In this document: positions 35,016 to 50,000 of the stretch, piece after piece | Layout of the letters: each line of letters starts with the position of its first letter | Position numbering within the stretch: position 1 is the first letter of the stretch | From: Mytilus californianus | Lineage: Eukaryota | NCBI RefSeq assembly: GCF_021869535.1 | Contig: NW_026262604.1 | Span: forward strand, 19,468,001-19,532,000 | Direction: 5' to 3' | DNA: 64,000 nt | Translations under genes and position numbers: made by a program | Notes under the pieces: generated by a model | What the model was told of the DNA's origin: nothing | The model's database searches: none | The model's input: only the letters and a program-made list of their open reading frames with translations

Positions 35016-38000
35016 GTAAATATGATTTGTTTTTTTTTTTTAGATATAAGTGAAATATAGGGCAAGCTTTGTTTATCTATAAAGTTTAACACTTCCGATT
35101 GAATATATTGCAAACCTGGTCTAATTTTTTATTACGTTCCAAAATACTTAATGTTGTTCATGACATCAACAAATGCGACTTGTCAAGGATTTTTGTATTT
35201 TTTGTCATGTCAGTATAACATACCGTGTTAGAAAAGCTTAACATGTAGCATGATTAGTAAAACTTGAGTTTAGTTGAGTGTGGTTTTTTTTTGCGGGGTG
35301 GGGGTCATGTTGTTCGAACTTAAGATTTGTTTTTTCTGTCGATACACATTTATTTTTGAAATTCAAAAGGACAATAAAAATGCAGAACAGAAGTAAAAAC
35401 GGGTTCTTCGTCTTATATGTCAACTTATATTTGAATGCATTTTCTCAGTAAAGATAAATTAATACGCACGAGATCGGCGTTTGTAACAACCGTTTGTCAT
35501 TAGTATTATGTATAAAAAGATATGTAAAAATGATATCAACATAATATGATGCTTTGATTTTGATGAAATACACATAATTTAGATTGACTGGTCATCTGTT
35601 ATATATTGAAAGGAATACGTTTAAAAAGCAATCTTTTAGTAAAAAGGCAAATAACAAAAATACCGAACTCCGAGGAAAATTCTAAACAGAAAGTCCCTAT
35701 TAGGCAAGTAGCAAAATCAAAAGTTCAAACACATCAAACGAATGGATAACAACTGTCATATTCATGACTTGGTACAGTCATTTTCTTATGTAGAAAAAGG
35801 TTAAACCTGGTTTTATAGCTAGCTAAACATCTCACGTGTATGACAGTCAATAAAATTCCATGATATTGACTACGATGTGTGAACAAAACAAACAGACATA
35901 ATAAGTACACATGTCAAAAATAGGGGTACAACAGTCAACATTGTGTTATAATCTCAATCACTATAAAAACAAACAAATAAGCGGGTTTTGTCATTCTGTT
36001 TATGAGTAGCTTTTTATTGTGTATGTTTAAAGACGGGAAAAAATTTTAAGTACGTTCAACCTGTACGTTTACACCAAGTGATTGGATTTAAGAAGAAAGA
36101 AAGAATTGAGTACTGACTGCTATTTCCTATCCAAAAACTGATTATAAAAAAAACAAAAACTATAACTTAAATACAATAATACAATTTGTCAAATATTAGT
36201 TAGCAAGTTATCTTGTATGGAACACAGTAATGAATATGAGGAATGGAGTTTGTATAAAAATTTATATTCCACTAAAACCTATTCAAGCAGTGACAATATA
36301 TAAAAATAGTTTGAAGGCATCAAATACAACGTCATATCATGAATGTTGCTGTATACGGACCACTCAGTAAAAAGTAACAAAACGGTCACCAAACATGAAC
36401 AAGATTACACAGTTAACATGGTTGAAAATTGAAAATTGAAAATATTTTATATATGTTGCAGATATCGTGTAGGAATTTTTATATGTTTAAAATATATCCC
36501 ATGCCATAGATGTCTGCAAAAATCCTTTCTTATATGATTTCATATACAGTCAAGCATGGATTAGGCGACAGTAACTATAAAATGTTGTATTGTGATGTCC
36601 TGATTTAATTCTGGAATGTATATACTAATCTTGACTACGGTTAAAACATTATACATTAATGGATGTGATCTAGCATATTGGTTCTCGTTTATTAGACAGC
36701 GAACGAGTATGTTATTCATGCAGCAGTTTGAAAGAAGGCGAAAAATGTCAACATGTTATGAGCTGTAATAAAGATGAGGTAATAATATATTAGAATTCTA
36801 TAAACAGTTATTAGTTCTACACATGTACACACTTTGTAATCATTTTGACCTTCTATAAATCTACCACTGGGATGATTTTGAAATTGTATAAAAAAATTTA
36901 CATATTGTATAAAATGTGGCAAAATATTATGCCAAGAATTCTACCGAATATGTCATTATATTTTTTCTCAAGGCTTATTTGACATACTCAATCAGTTGAA
37001 TCTTCAGATTTTCTCCAAAAGAGTATGTTAAATATAGGCCTATATTTCTACTCACAACACGCTACTTATACGTTAGAGGCTATGAATTTGAAAATATCAT
37101 AATACATACTTTCCTGACGCTGATAGAAATAAATGTTCAAGTATGTTATACAAGATGTATAAAAAGTAAAATAAAAAAATACTGAACTCCGAGGAAAATT
37201 CAAAACGGAAAGTCCCTAATCAAACGCCAAAATCAAAAGCTCAAACACATCAAACGAATGGATAACAATTGTCATATTCCTGACTTGGTACAGACATTTT
37301 CTTATGTAGAAAATGATGGATTGAACCTGGTTTTATAGCTAGCTAAGCATCTCACTTGTATGACAGTCGCATCAAATTCCATTATATTGACAACGATGCG
37401 TGAACAAAACAAATAATTTTAGTTTCTTGTGTACAATTTGGAGTTTAGTATGGCGTTCATTATCACTGAACTAGTATATATATTTGTTTAGGGGCCAGCT
37501 GAAGGACGCCTCCGGGTGCGGGAATTTCTCGCTGCATTGAAGACCTGTTGGTGACCTTCTGCTGTTGTCTGTTCTATGGTCGGGTTGTTGTCTCTTTGAC
37601 ACATTCCCCATTTCCATTCTCAATTTTATTACAATAGGAAAAAATGTCAACAATAGGGGTACAGCAGTCAACATTGTGTTATCATCTTAAATACTATAAA
37701 AACAAATTAATTTTACAAAGAAGAACAAAAGGCATACAACAAAATTTAAAATCCTCATTTTGCTTTTTTCTTATACGATATTATTTATCTATGTAAAATC
37801 CACCCATAAAGGTTTGAAAGATTTTAAGTACTGGCGTAGAATCGCGCATTTGACATCACACAGGTAGATATAAAATAATGTTGTCGTTCAAAGTATGACG
37901 GGATACATGATACAGAGTTACGTCAAATGGATATCACAAAAACAGAATTAACAGTAAAAGTAATATTAATAAAATAAAATAATTTTGTCGTTCTACGTAT

Positions 38001-41000
38001 GACGGGATACATAAGTACAGAGTCACGTCAAATGAATATCACAAAAAACAGACTTAACAGTAAAAATAATATTTATAAAGACAAATAAAAGAATACCATA
38101 ACACGGTATTAAGATGATAAACAACGTCAGTATGCAGAATTTATACATCAAGACCATCATGTATTATTTGTGAAGTTGATACGGAATATTTATCAACAAG
38201 GTATTGGTACCTTCCAATGAATTTTGTTTTAGAAAAAGGACGAGACGTTCTTTGACATATTCCTGGTTCATCAACTTTCTGCTCAGACAGTGGTGACGTT
38301 TTACAAAGTCTGAGTAGGAGCTGCAAGCTCTTGAATACCTAATAAGTTGGGAAATGTATATCCCATAAGTTGGTATATTGCAACTAAGGTGGGAAAAATT
38401 GATAATTATAAAATTTAAATCGTCTCATTTGTCATAGATTCTAGTACTGAGATGACTGTGTATGTCAAATTCGAGGTATAAGTCTAAAAATGAGGCAGAG
38501 GAAGCCGTGTCTGTTGTTTCTTTAATTTCTAGTTCTGGGGGATATATTTATAGAACCCAATCAGAAAAGTTCGGATTGTCAAGGGAAATAACATCATCAA
38601 TAAATCTGATAGTGAAAGTAAATAACCTGGCTTCTTTGATCTTTTTGTTTTTGACAAGTGTCTGAAGGAACTCCGATTCATATGAAAATGAGAAGAGGTC
38701 GGCAAGGAGAGGCGCACAGTTGGTTCCCATAGGAATGTTGACAATTACGTTGAAAAAGTCTACCTCCAAATTCAACAAATATGTTGTCAATAAAAAAACT
38801 CCAGCATACTGATCACTTGTTTCTCTGTGTAGCATGTTTTACCCTTTTGTTCACTATAAACAAAATATGCCTTATGGTATCCCAAAGTAATGAATGTATA
38901 GCGTATGCTACCATTTTTATGTTGAAAAGCAACGGGATTATTCCTTTTAGACGATTTTTCTATTTCACATGGGGAATTGTGGTATACAAGGTTGAAAAAT
39001 CAAAAGTTTTGATAAAACTAATTTCAGAAAAAGACCAAGATTTAAAATTATCCAGAAGTTCTCGAGAGTATTTAAGAATTCACATATGGTTAATACCACT
39101 ACGCGAGTAAACAGTTTCACAGTATTTCTGAAGACCCTCTTTCACTGCGGACAGAATTTTTGTCAATCTAATGGACAATTCTTTAGTGGAACATGCAGAT
39201 CAGCCGGCAATGTACCGTTATTTGTACGGATTTTGTGAAGTTTAGGTATCCAATACATACAAGGTTAGTCCTCCGATTTGTTGTTGAATGCAATGATCAT
39301 TGAAGCCATGAAGGACTAATGATTCGCCAAAATCTCATCCTTATCATATGATGTTTTTGTATGTGGGATTACCTGAGTGCTAATTTATTCCTAATTATTT
39401 TACAAGACACTCGTAGTAATACGATTTACAAACAAATCTAATGTTATTTGAATCTTGGTCCACAGGAACAACAACACTATACTAAAGAGTATAGTGTGTA
39501 TTCATTCTCACTAACCATGCAACCTGAACGGTAAATTATCCAAAAGCCGACACTTGGAAAACAGGTCTTGATGGGAAATTGTTGTGAAATCAGAAGTTGA
39601 TTTACGTTCACATTTTCATTACATTTATAACTATTTTACAAACAAATAAATAAAGATTAGAAAATTTAACAGTAAACATCCTTACTTCATCCAAAACAGA
39701 TGAAGGAAAGTTACAAATGTTTGTTTGTTCAAAAGTAGAATTTTATGCTTTTTATTGCTATGTCTACCAACCATACATAAAAATCGTTGATAAATTTGAC
39801 TTACTGAAAACTGAAAACATACTTGAAAGCAACAATCTAATACAAAGCGTATTATGACTCTTTCAGAAAGCAACATTTAGATGACCTTTATAGATAAGAC
39901 TATTAGATAGTAATTAGTATTTATTTTTATTGTGTCACAGATATTTCCAGGGGGATCAAACTTCAAGCCTGTATTACAAACTTGCAAACACTGTTTAAAA
40001 ATCCTCACCTTCAGATATAGTAATAACATTATAAATATGAGCAACGGTTTTACCTAAAAGATATTTTCCCCTTTGTCTTAATAATATCTGTCTTTTAGGT
40101 AAGGTTTTGGATGTTATCTTATTTATTACAAAATAAATAAAGAGTGACATTTAGATTAAATATATTCATTTCAAAAAACAAGTTACCTTTCTGAACTCAA
40201 GTGACTAGATAATGACTTAGGAATGCTGTTTTATAAAATATGCAAACAATTGAAAAACGTGAAAAATTGGAGTACTTTTGTAATTCAGGATCAAAACAAT
40301 CGAAACCACCTTTTGTCACTTAGGATAACCGCGAAGTTTTTAAAAGTTTACAAATTAAAATACCTATTTAAGTTAAGCCGGAACATTGGAAGACAAAATA
40401 ATTCATTAGCTGATTTCAATGACGTATTTGGAAGTTGTGGGATTGATTCCCTTCTTTAATAAACTTATATTTAGCGATTGTTTTTTTTTGGTCATTTTTC
40501 AGATCTGTTTTGTTCAGAAATACTTTACCCTTGGTAATGAAACTAGATACGATTTTGGTTGTACATATCAGGAGGTAATCATTATGTTCACAAAATAATT
40601 CGTAAAGTTTAATACGAGACATTTTCTTATGATCAATGATGATATGACGCATTGTTACAATGGGTAGTATAAAACTGACAATTTGAATAACTATTTGACA
40701 ATTTTAACGAAAAACCCTGAATATATAGCCAAATAAAAATATTAGCTCTTAAACATGTTAAAAGGATGTAATTGATATTAAAAATTTCAAATGTAAAATT
40801 ATTAGATAAGCAAACAAATTTTAATACCTGAATATCTTTAAATTTACCTTCACATTTCAACATGTTAAGTAGTAGTCCGCCTAAGAATCAGGCAGATACC
40901 ACATAATTTTAGGAACATGAATTTGGTCAATCTGATGCATTATTTGTATATAAACAGTTATTCTCAACTACTTTCAGCTGACATAGTTAAAAAAGTGGTA

Positions 41001-44000
41001 TATATTATAATTTGTCTATTTTAGCATGTCAGATTGTGCCCTAATGCCTTTAATAATGTACTATAAAAGTACTGAAATATATATTTTTCATTGAAGAAAT
41101 ACTTGAGAAAACAAATAGGAAACCTTAATATCTTTACAAATTAAGAAAAAAAAGTGTCATATGTTATTAAAACAATAACTGTTTCTGAGTGTTTTTGTCT
41201 CATTAGTACACATATTGTCCTTACAAAAAGACTGGACAATGCTAAAATATAGGTTAGAGTTATCTCCCATTACCCACAATGCAATAGATTTCAACAATGG
41301 CAGCCCCCATGGGCTCCTGCTCAATTGGATTTTTTGCCTCAACAAAGTGTGGAATATCATCACTGCACCCTTCACATACAACTTTATCAAGATAAAAGGA
41401 CTGCCAGAGGAATATCCAAGCTCATTTGTTGAAAGTTGGATTGAATGCAGGTGTAACAGGAGTAGCAGACGTCACATACGAGGGGGAACTTATTTCAAAA
41501 AGAGTGGGTTTGTTCACTGTTGAGAGCGACTTCAGTGTTTGTCCATATCATAGAGATTTCCTTGGAATAAACTGGAGACAAAAGGCCTTGTGCCAATATC
41601 CAATTCATGAGGGAAAGGCCAAGCCTTATCGGAGCTTTACAACGGCCATGAGCAGACAAATGTTAGCCGACTTTTGTGTATTTGTGCCCATTGGCTCTGG
41701 TAAGTACAATGTACTTTATTTTGTTTGTATTCCAATTCATTAATTATATTGTCAAATATATACATGTTTGTTCATAACTGATACATTGAGTTTGTTTGGT
41801 AACAAACGATTGAAATCTTTAAACAGGTTCAGTATGTTGACATTTTCAAGGACACTTCTCCCTAAGTAACTGATAATATACATATATGTGTATTTTAAAA
41901 CAAAGTACACATTTTTGTATTGACAAATTACCCCTACATGTACCTTAACATTCACTTTTTTGTTTGTATTAACATATGCCCCTACATGAACTTTATTTTT
42001 TGAAATCTGCCATGTCAAGTTGATATATGATAAAGTTGTGCATGCAGGTTCTGTAGAGGCATTTAAGACCGCCCTACAAGAACACCCATAAAAATGGGGC
42101 TCTTCTCCACTGTGTATAAAAGCCATAAGCCCATAACAGGATTCTACACATACCAATACAGATACAGATACCCTCCCCCTTTTTCCACCACAAACTGAAC
42201 CCCCAAAAAATAAGTTTTACATTATATAACCACAGTTTTTTTTTTATAGGTGATGATCAAGTATTTTGAAAGGGGGACATAGCAAGTTAATGTTTTCACT
42301 TTTGATTGATACTTTTAAAAGTTTATGCATAAACATGATGAAGTTTATCATTTACTTTCAAATTTTCAAAAGTTCAGAATGTATCACCTCCTCTAAATAT
42401 CCAAAATACATCTAAATATATACTTGTATAATATGAATGTTTCTTAAATTTAAGTTTTATATGTTTGTAAATATTGTTTATGCTTCTCTTGCAAATGTCT
42501 TGGTTTTGGGATTTTATACTAAAAAAAAAATTTAATTTGACTTAGACAATACATGATTTTTAAAATAAAGTATTTATTATTATAAGCTACATATTGGAAC
42601 CCCCCTCCCCCAACTTAAATGCTTCCTATCAAAATTGATTTTGTCCCCATATTTAAGCTGAATATATAATCCATTATGACATAGACATATATATATATAT
42701 ATTCTTTATATGAATTTTATGCATTCTTTTTTCTTTTTCTTTCAAGGAATATGCAGAAAATGTAATGGAGAATACTTGAAAACATATACATCATGTACAG
42801 AAAAAAAGGTAACATAGTTTTATTACATATACCAATAGAAAACAAAATGTAGGTATAACTGCAAACGGTTTGGGTTTTCTTATACGGTATCTCCACTACC
42901 CGAGGGTTATGATTCTTTTTCTACACTTCATGTGAGGTGGATGATAATTCTGGTCTATGTAAATAAATTGCTAACGGAACCACCATTAAAATTGCATTGA
43001 ATTTATCATTTATTTTTATACGACCGCAAAAAATGTTTTGGGATCGTATAATGGTATGATGTCGTCGTCGTCCGAAGACATATTGGTTTCCGGACAAAAA
43101 CTTTAGTTTAAGTGAATGGATCTCTATGAAATTTTTTAAGAAGGTCCAATACCACAAAAGGAAGGTTGGGATTTATTGAACCATGTGAGCGAGAATAAAA
43201 AAAAAAAAAAGATGTTTATAATGACAAAAACTCTCAATCAGAAAATTAAGTAGCTTTAGGTCTGTCATTTTATTTTTGCTACCTATATACAAACATGATA
43301 AACTAGGCAGTTAGTCTTCTCAATTGAATAGTTTCATAATTTTTATGTCAGGGCCTTTCATAACAGACTATATGATATGGGTTGGTTGAAGGCCGTACAG
43401 TTGCCTGTAGTTGTTTCTATCCAATTCATTTAAACTTTGTTTGATATTTGTCTCATTAACAATTACATGTACCCGTATACCATATCTCATTAGTTTTTGT
43501 ATGTACATGTATGTATATGAAATACAATATAAAGACGCAGATGTATGCCAGAATATTGTTTATGACATAGTATACAATAGACATGATAGAATACCAACAT
43601 CTGCACCTTGAAATTTGCAGTAAAATATAATTTGCCATAATATTAAATGTTAGTAAGAATTGATTGCTTTTTTTCATATGATTTATTGTCTTCACTGTAA
43701 TTTGTAAATTGTATCAATCAAAAATTAAATATAATCAATGATAAGCATTGTATTTTTTATGTAGGATATCAATGGCAATGGTATGGATATAAAGATTGAT
43801 GATCCAAATGAAGACAAACCTTATGTTAATAAATTTGTAAGTATATTTTAGTGTGGCACACATACATATATCATGAATATTGTTCAGTATGGTGAAGTAG
43901 TAGGCAGGTGGGTGAGGGGAAACAGGGTAGATGATTTCTACAATTAAAGAAGAGCCAAATGATGTTACATGTGTATGAAGTTATAAAAGGTTGGTAAAAA

Positions 44001-47000
44001 ATATATACAAAAGGAATATTCAAACTCATAAATTGAAAACAAACATATCATGAGGGAAAGATTTTTTTTTTGGAAGAGGGGGCAATTTTTTTTCTCAATT
44101 CAGATTTCAGAAATTAACAAATAAAATTTCTTCCAATATTTTTTTCTTGTTGGCAAAATAAAGGGTGAGGGGGGAGGGTGTAACACATTTATATTTTTGG
44201 AGAGGAGGGGGGTCAATACGCAACAGCATATAGTATTGCTTAAAAGCAAAAAAAGGGGGAGGGGGGTTCAATTCGCAACAGCATAGTGTATTGCACAAAA
44301 GCAAAATATTGAATATATAAATATAAATTCAAATCATATAACCAATTCTTAGTTCTTTGATTAAAGTTATTCTGTGTCAGAAACCTATTATTGTAAAATA
44401 TTTAATTACAATCCAAATTCAGACATGTATTAAGCGTCGCCAGTAAAACTGCATTTGTGACAGTCAAATCGACAATTGACGGTGGCAACTCTTCAACTAC
44501 AGTACTGTTATTCCTTCAGTGTGCTTATCAGTCTATATGATTGTGACCTCATTTTTTTGTTCGTTTTTCAATGTTAAGTTTAGTTTTTATACGACCGCAA
44601 AAAAATTTTGCGGTCGTATATTGGAATGACGTTGGCGTCGTCGTCGACCGAAGACACATTGGTTTTCGCACTCTTACTTGAGTTTAAGTGAATGGATCTC
44701 TATGAAATTTTACCATAAGGTTCAATACCACAAAAGAAAGGTTGGGATTGATTTTGGGGGTTATGGTACCAACAGTTAAGGAATTAGGGGCCAAAAATAA
44801 GCATTTGTGTAACTTCCAGACATAACTTGTTAGTGTATGGATCTCGCTGACATTGTACCACAAGGTTCCATATCACAAAGGGAATGCTGGGATTGATTTT
44901 GGGGGTAATTGCCCCAAACGTTTTGGAATTTGGGGCCAAAAAGGGGCCAAAAAACAAACATTTTTCTAGTTTCCAGACAATAAATTGTGTTCAAGTGTAC
45001 GGATCTCTCTGAAATTGTACTGCAAGGTACCATACCTCCACATTTTAGGAATAAGGGGGAAAAAAGGGGCAACAAACAAGCATTTTTCTAGTTTTATGAA
45101 AATTACTTGTGTGTAAGTGTATGGATCTTTTTGAAATTGTACTACAAGGTTCCATATCACAAAGGAAAAAATGGAATTGAGTTTGGGGGTAATTGCCCGA
45201 AACGTTTTGGAATTTGGGGCCAAAAAGGGGCCAAAAAACAAGCATTTTTCTAGTTTCCAGACAATAACTTGTGTTCAAGTGTACGGATCTCTCTGAAATT
45301 GTACTGCAAGGTACCATACCCCAAAGGAAAGGTTGGGATTGAGTATTGGGGGGATGAATCATAAGGGGGTTCAAAAAAATTGAGGGGGGATATTTTTTTC
45401 CTTTTTTTTCTATAAAATTTTTCATTTTAAATGGGTTATTTCTAATTTATAAATAAAAGCAAAATAATAATGATATGATTTAAATAGGTAAATTGAAAAT
45501 GTTTAAGTTCTTAGACCACATTCATTCTGTGTCAGAAACCTATGCTGTGTCAAATATTTAATCACAATCCAAATTCAGTGCTGTATCAAGCTTGAATGTT
45601 GTGTCCATACTTGCCCCAACTGTTCAGGGATCGACCTCTGCGGTCGTATCAAGCTGCGCCCAGCGGAGCATTTTATTTTAGTATATGGAAGGAATGAAAC
45701 AGGTGAGAAATTTTAGTAGTTGCACTCTTGTTTTTTAGGACATGTAGGAGTAGATTTGTATAAGAGAAATATATTGTTGTTACAAAAGTCAAGTTTAAGT
45801 CAACAAACTTGCTTTCTCTATATTGTAGTCAAAATTAGTGGCTACAACAAATGATGAAGATGAGCATTGTAACTATACACTTCGCACGAGAAAGACAAAT
45901 TCATCTACCTTTGATAAGGTAAGTTAGTCACTGTAATCATAACACATTTAAGAACAATATAACCAAATAAAAAAGGTTGAAAACTTCTTGCAGAAGAATT
46001 GTATCAATCCAGATAACTTCATATTCATGGAAATTAATATTATCAGACATATAACATTAGAAAATGAATGCGCTTATTTATCTGTATATCTTGAAATAAT
46101 TCTCGCTTAAATTTAAAAAAAAAATATCTTCTCTCTTACAAACGATGTGTTATTTGGTCCAAGACAAACAGAAAGAACCCACGTGAGAAGCAGCATTCAA
46201 CAGTTGAACACAAGATAAAAAAATACTATTTCAATTATTTAAAAAAAATAAATGTGGATAGTGTCCACATGTGGACACAGATGATGCCCCCGCTTGAATA
46301 TCATATAGTTATAAAGGGACATAACTGAAGAACGGTAAAAAAGACGCTACCCAAATTTGAACTTGATCTGAGTTTTGTGGTAATAAGCATTGTGTGTAAG
46401 TCTCATAACATTTGGTTGAGGCTAACTTAAGTAGAGAACAGAAACTAAAAATTCAGCAATTTTTCTATTTGTAAACACGCATAACTCTAGAACGGTTGTG
46501 TATAAGTTTTATAACATTTGGTTGAGACAAACTAAAGTTAGAGAACGGAAATGAAAAAATCAGCAATTTTTATGTTTATAAAGGGACATAACTCAAGAAT
46601 GGTAAAAGTGTCGCCACCGAATTTCGTACTTAATCTGTATTATGTAGTAATAAGCATTGTGTATAAGTTTCATAACATTTGGTTGAGGCAAACTAAAGTT
46701 GGAAAACGGAAACCAAAAATTTGTACTTGATCTTAGTTTTGTGGTAATGAATATTGTGTATAGGTTTCATAATGTTTGGTTGGGGCAAACTTAAGTTATA
46801 GAATGGAAACTAAAAATTTTGCAATCTTTTGATTTATAAAGGGGCATAACTTAATAATGGTAACTATTAAATTCAACTTGATCTGTGTTTTATCCGTGGA
46901 AGTCAAAATTAAACATTGCATTGTATAAAGCATTGATTGTAGTTGATTCAACTATAATCATGGACAAAGGAAGATAACTCCAATTTTAAAAATAACTTGA

Positions 47001-50000
47001 TATTTAGAAGAAAATAAAAATTTTGCAATGTTTCACTTTATAAAGGGGCATAACTCTAGAACAGTTTAAGTGACGCCACCAAAATTCAAACTTGATCTGT
47101 GTTTTGTGGTAATAAGTATTGTATATAAGTTTCATAACATTTGGTTGAGGCAAACTTAAGTTAGAGAACGGAAACTAAAAATTTTGCAATTTTTCCATTT
47201 TTAAGGAGCATAACTCTAGAACGGTTTAAGTGACGCCACCAAAATTCAAACTTGATCTGTGTTTTGTGGCGATAAGCATTGTGTATTTATAAGTTTCATA
47301 ACATTTGGTTGAGGCAAACTTAAGTAAAAGAACGGAAACCAATTTTGGGACGTACGTACGTGCGTACGTACAGACGGACAAGGGTTAAACTTAATGCCCC
47401 CACCGCTACGGCGTGGGCATAAAAAGCTCTATAACAACATGAACAATATGACCTCTCATATAAAACAAAAAGTAAGACCAGATGCTCCTGACTAGTCAGC
47501 ATTACTTGATCCATTTATGGTACCTGTCATGTAGTGCAGCACCAAACACAACTTTTATTGCAAAACTATGGTTATCACAATACTATAATAAATACATGTA
47601 CATGCAGCATAAGCTTTGACAAACATCTTACAACATTGTATAAAAAAGTACAAATGTAATATAATGAGAGTCACTTCATCTGTGTCCTGTTTGTATTTTA
47701 AAGTTTCTGTTTCACTTCAATGAAGTTGAAAAAGGAAGATTTCAGCATGCTGTCTCCTGAAAAAAAAGGAATGTTGGGATTGATTTTGGGGGTAATGGCC
47801 CTAACTTTTTCGGAAAAAGGGGCCAACATCAAGTAAATACTTTTCTAATACTTCTGTATATGAATTGCTTATTTATAGATCAATTTAATTGGGTTTAAAT
47901 CAATACTTTATTCTTCTTTGGGGTTTTTATCAAAAATTGAATTCTTGGGATTCTTTGATAAGCCAAATGTAACTGTATATTCAGAATCTTAAGTATGGGC
48001 CCTGTTTCTAAATTGTTCCACATTAAGGCCCTCAAGGGTCTAAATAAAACTTTGTTTGATTTCATAAAAAATCAATTATTGGGGTTCTTTGATATGCCTA
48101 TTATTCTTACCTCATATTTATATTTTTATACACTGCCAAAAAATTTTGGAGTCGTATATTGGTATCACTTTGTTATCTGCAGTGTCAGAAGACACCTAGT
48201 TTCCGGACAATAACTTTAGTTTAAGTGAATGGATCTCTATGAAATTAACCACAAAAGGAAGGTTGGGAATGATTTCGGGGGTTATGTTCCCAACTGTTTA
48301 GGAATTTAGGGCCTAAAAAGGGGTCCAAATAAGCATTTTTATACTCCCGTTTATGGGACATATTATGGTATACTGTTGTCCGTCTGTCCGTCCGTCCGTC
48401 GTCAACATGTCGGACTTTAATTCAAAAACGCTTTAACCAATATGCATGAAACTTTGGTGAAGTGTTTATATCTATTGACGTGAGCTCCCTTTTGTTTTTT
48501 ATAAATTTGGGATTTACGTTTCAGAGTTTTGGGGTTTTATTCATTAAAAAAGGGGGGATTTTCCAGTTTTGGGACAATAACCCCAAAACAATTTCACCAA
48601 TTTGCATGAAACTTTTGTGAATGTTTTATATCTATTGACGTGAGCTCCCTTTTGTTTTTTTATAAATTTCTGATTTACCGTTTCCGAGTTTTGGGGTTTT
48701 ATTTAGGGATGTCAACGAGTACTCGAGTACTCGAGTATCGCTAGTTAGTACCGAGTATCGAATACCAAAACGATACTCGACTAATCAGTTTCCTGTTAGA
48801 ATGTTGTTGCTTTCTTAAGCTTAAACAAAAATATTTTTATTGAGAGCGCCTCCTAGAAAATAAAATATTAATCAATATTAAAATATGTCTCGAATGTGTG
48901 CGTTTAATTGTCATTTTAAATTCCTCCGAACAGAGGTAGGCTATGAACAAGAGCACCTTTCCAATGCTTACACTTTTAGTCTTATAGTCATTCCCCCTCC
49001 CCCACCTCTGTACCGTCAGAGCAAATATTTTCATCAGCAGGAATGTTAAATACGTAACAAAGGCATCAATAAGTTCTAATCATTACCCCTTTGCTGACCA
49101 TTAAATGTGTTTTTTTACGATTCCCAAATACTGTTGTTTGAGTAATCATTTTTCTAAAGATGTGTTTTAACATGATTAATTAATTGATTAGATTATTGCC
49201 AATTTACTTAATTGGTACAAGTAGTAAATGAGCTATTAATTATTTTATAAAATTCCTGGAACAATTATCTAGTCCTAGGTAATATTGTTGAGGGTTTTAC
49301 GTTAAGAAAACGACAAACAATACATAAAATAGGTATGATTTTGTGTTTCCATTTTGTAGATGTTTTTCCGAGCGACTACTTGAGTATCGCTCGGTAAATC
49401 CAACGAGTACTCGATTAGTAAATCTTTATCGAGTTGACATCCCTAGTTTTATTCATTAAAAAAGGAGGGGATTTTCCAGTTTTCTGACAATAACTCAAAA
49501 ACAATTTCACCAATTTGCAAGAAACTTTGACGACATGTTCATTTCTATCGACATGAACTCCCTTTTGATTTTTATAAATTTTAGACAATACGTTTCCGAT
49601 TTATGGGGTTTTATTCATTACAAAAATGGGGATTTTCCAGTTTTCGGACAATAACTCAAAAGTTATGAAACTTTGGTAAATTGTTTATATCTATTTTTGT
49701 AAGCTCCCTTTTTATATTTATAAATTTTTGAATTTAGGTTTCCGAGTTATAAGATTTTATTTGTTTATAGTCTTGACAACAGATTTACTTAGCATTGCGC
49801 AACAGCACAGTGTTTTGCACAACAGCAAAAAATCTTTAATTAAATATCAATTCAATTCATATAACCAATTTCAAGTTCTTCGACTTCATTTATTCAGAAA
49901 CCTATAATATGTCAAATATCTTATTACAATCCAAATTCAGACCTGTATCAAGCTTGAATATTGTGTCTATTTTTGCCCCAACTGTTCAGGGTTGGACCTC

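Noticed and set aside
44830-45425. Repetitive minus-strand ORFs, also 50340-50980
   Set aside because: Produced by satellite arrays inside non-autonomous elements.
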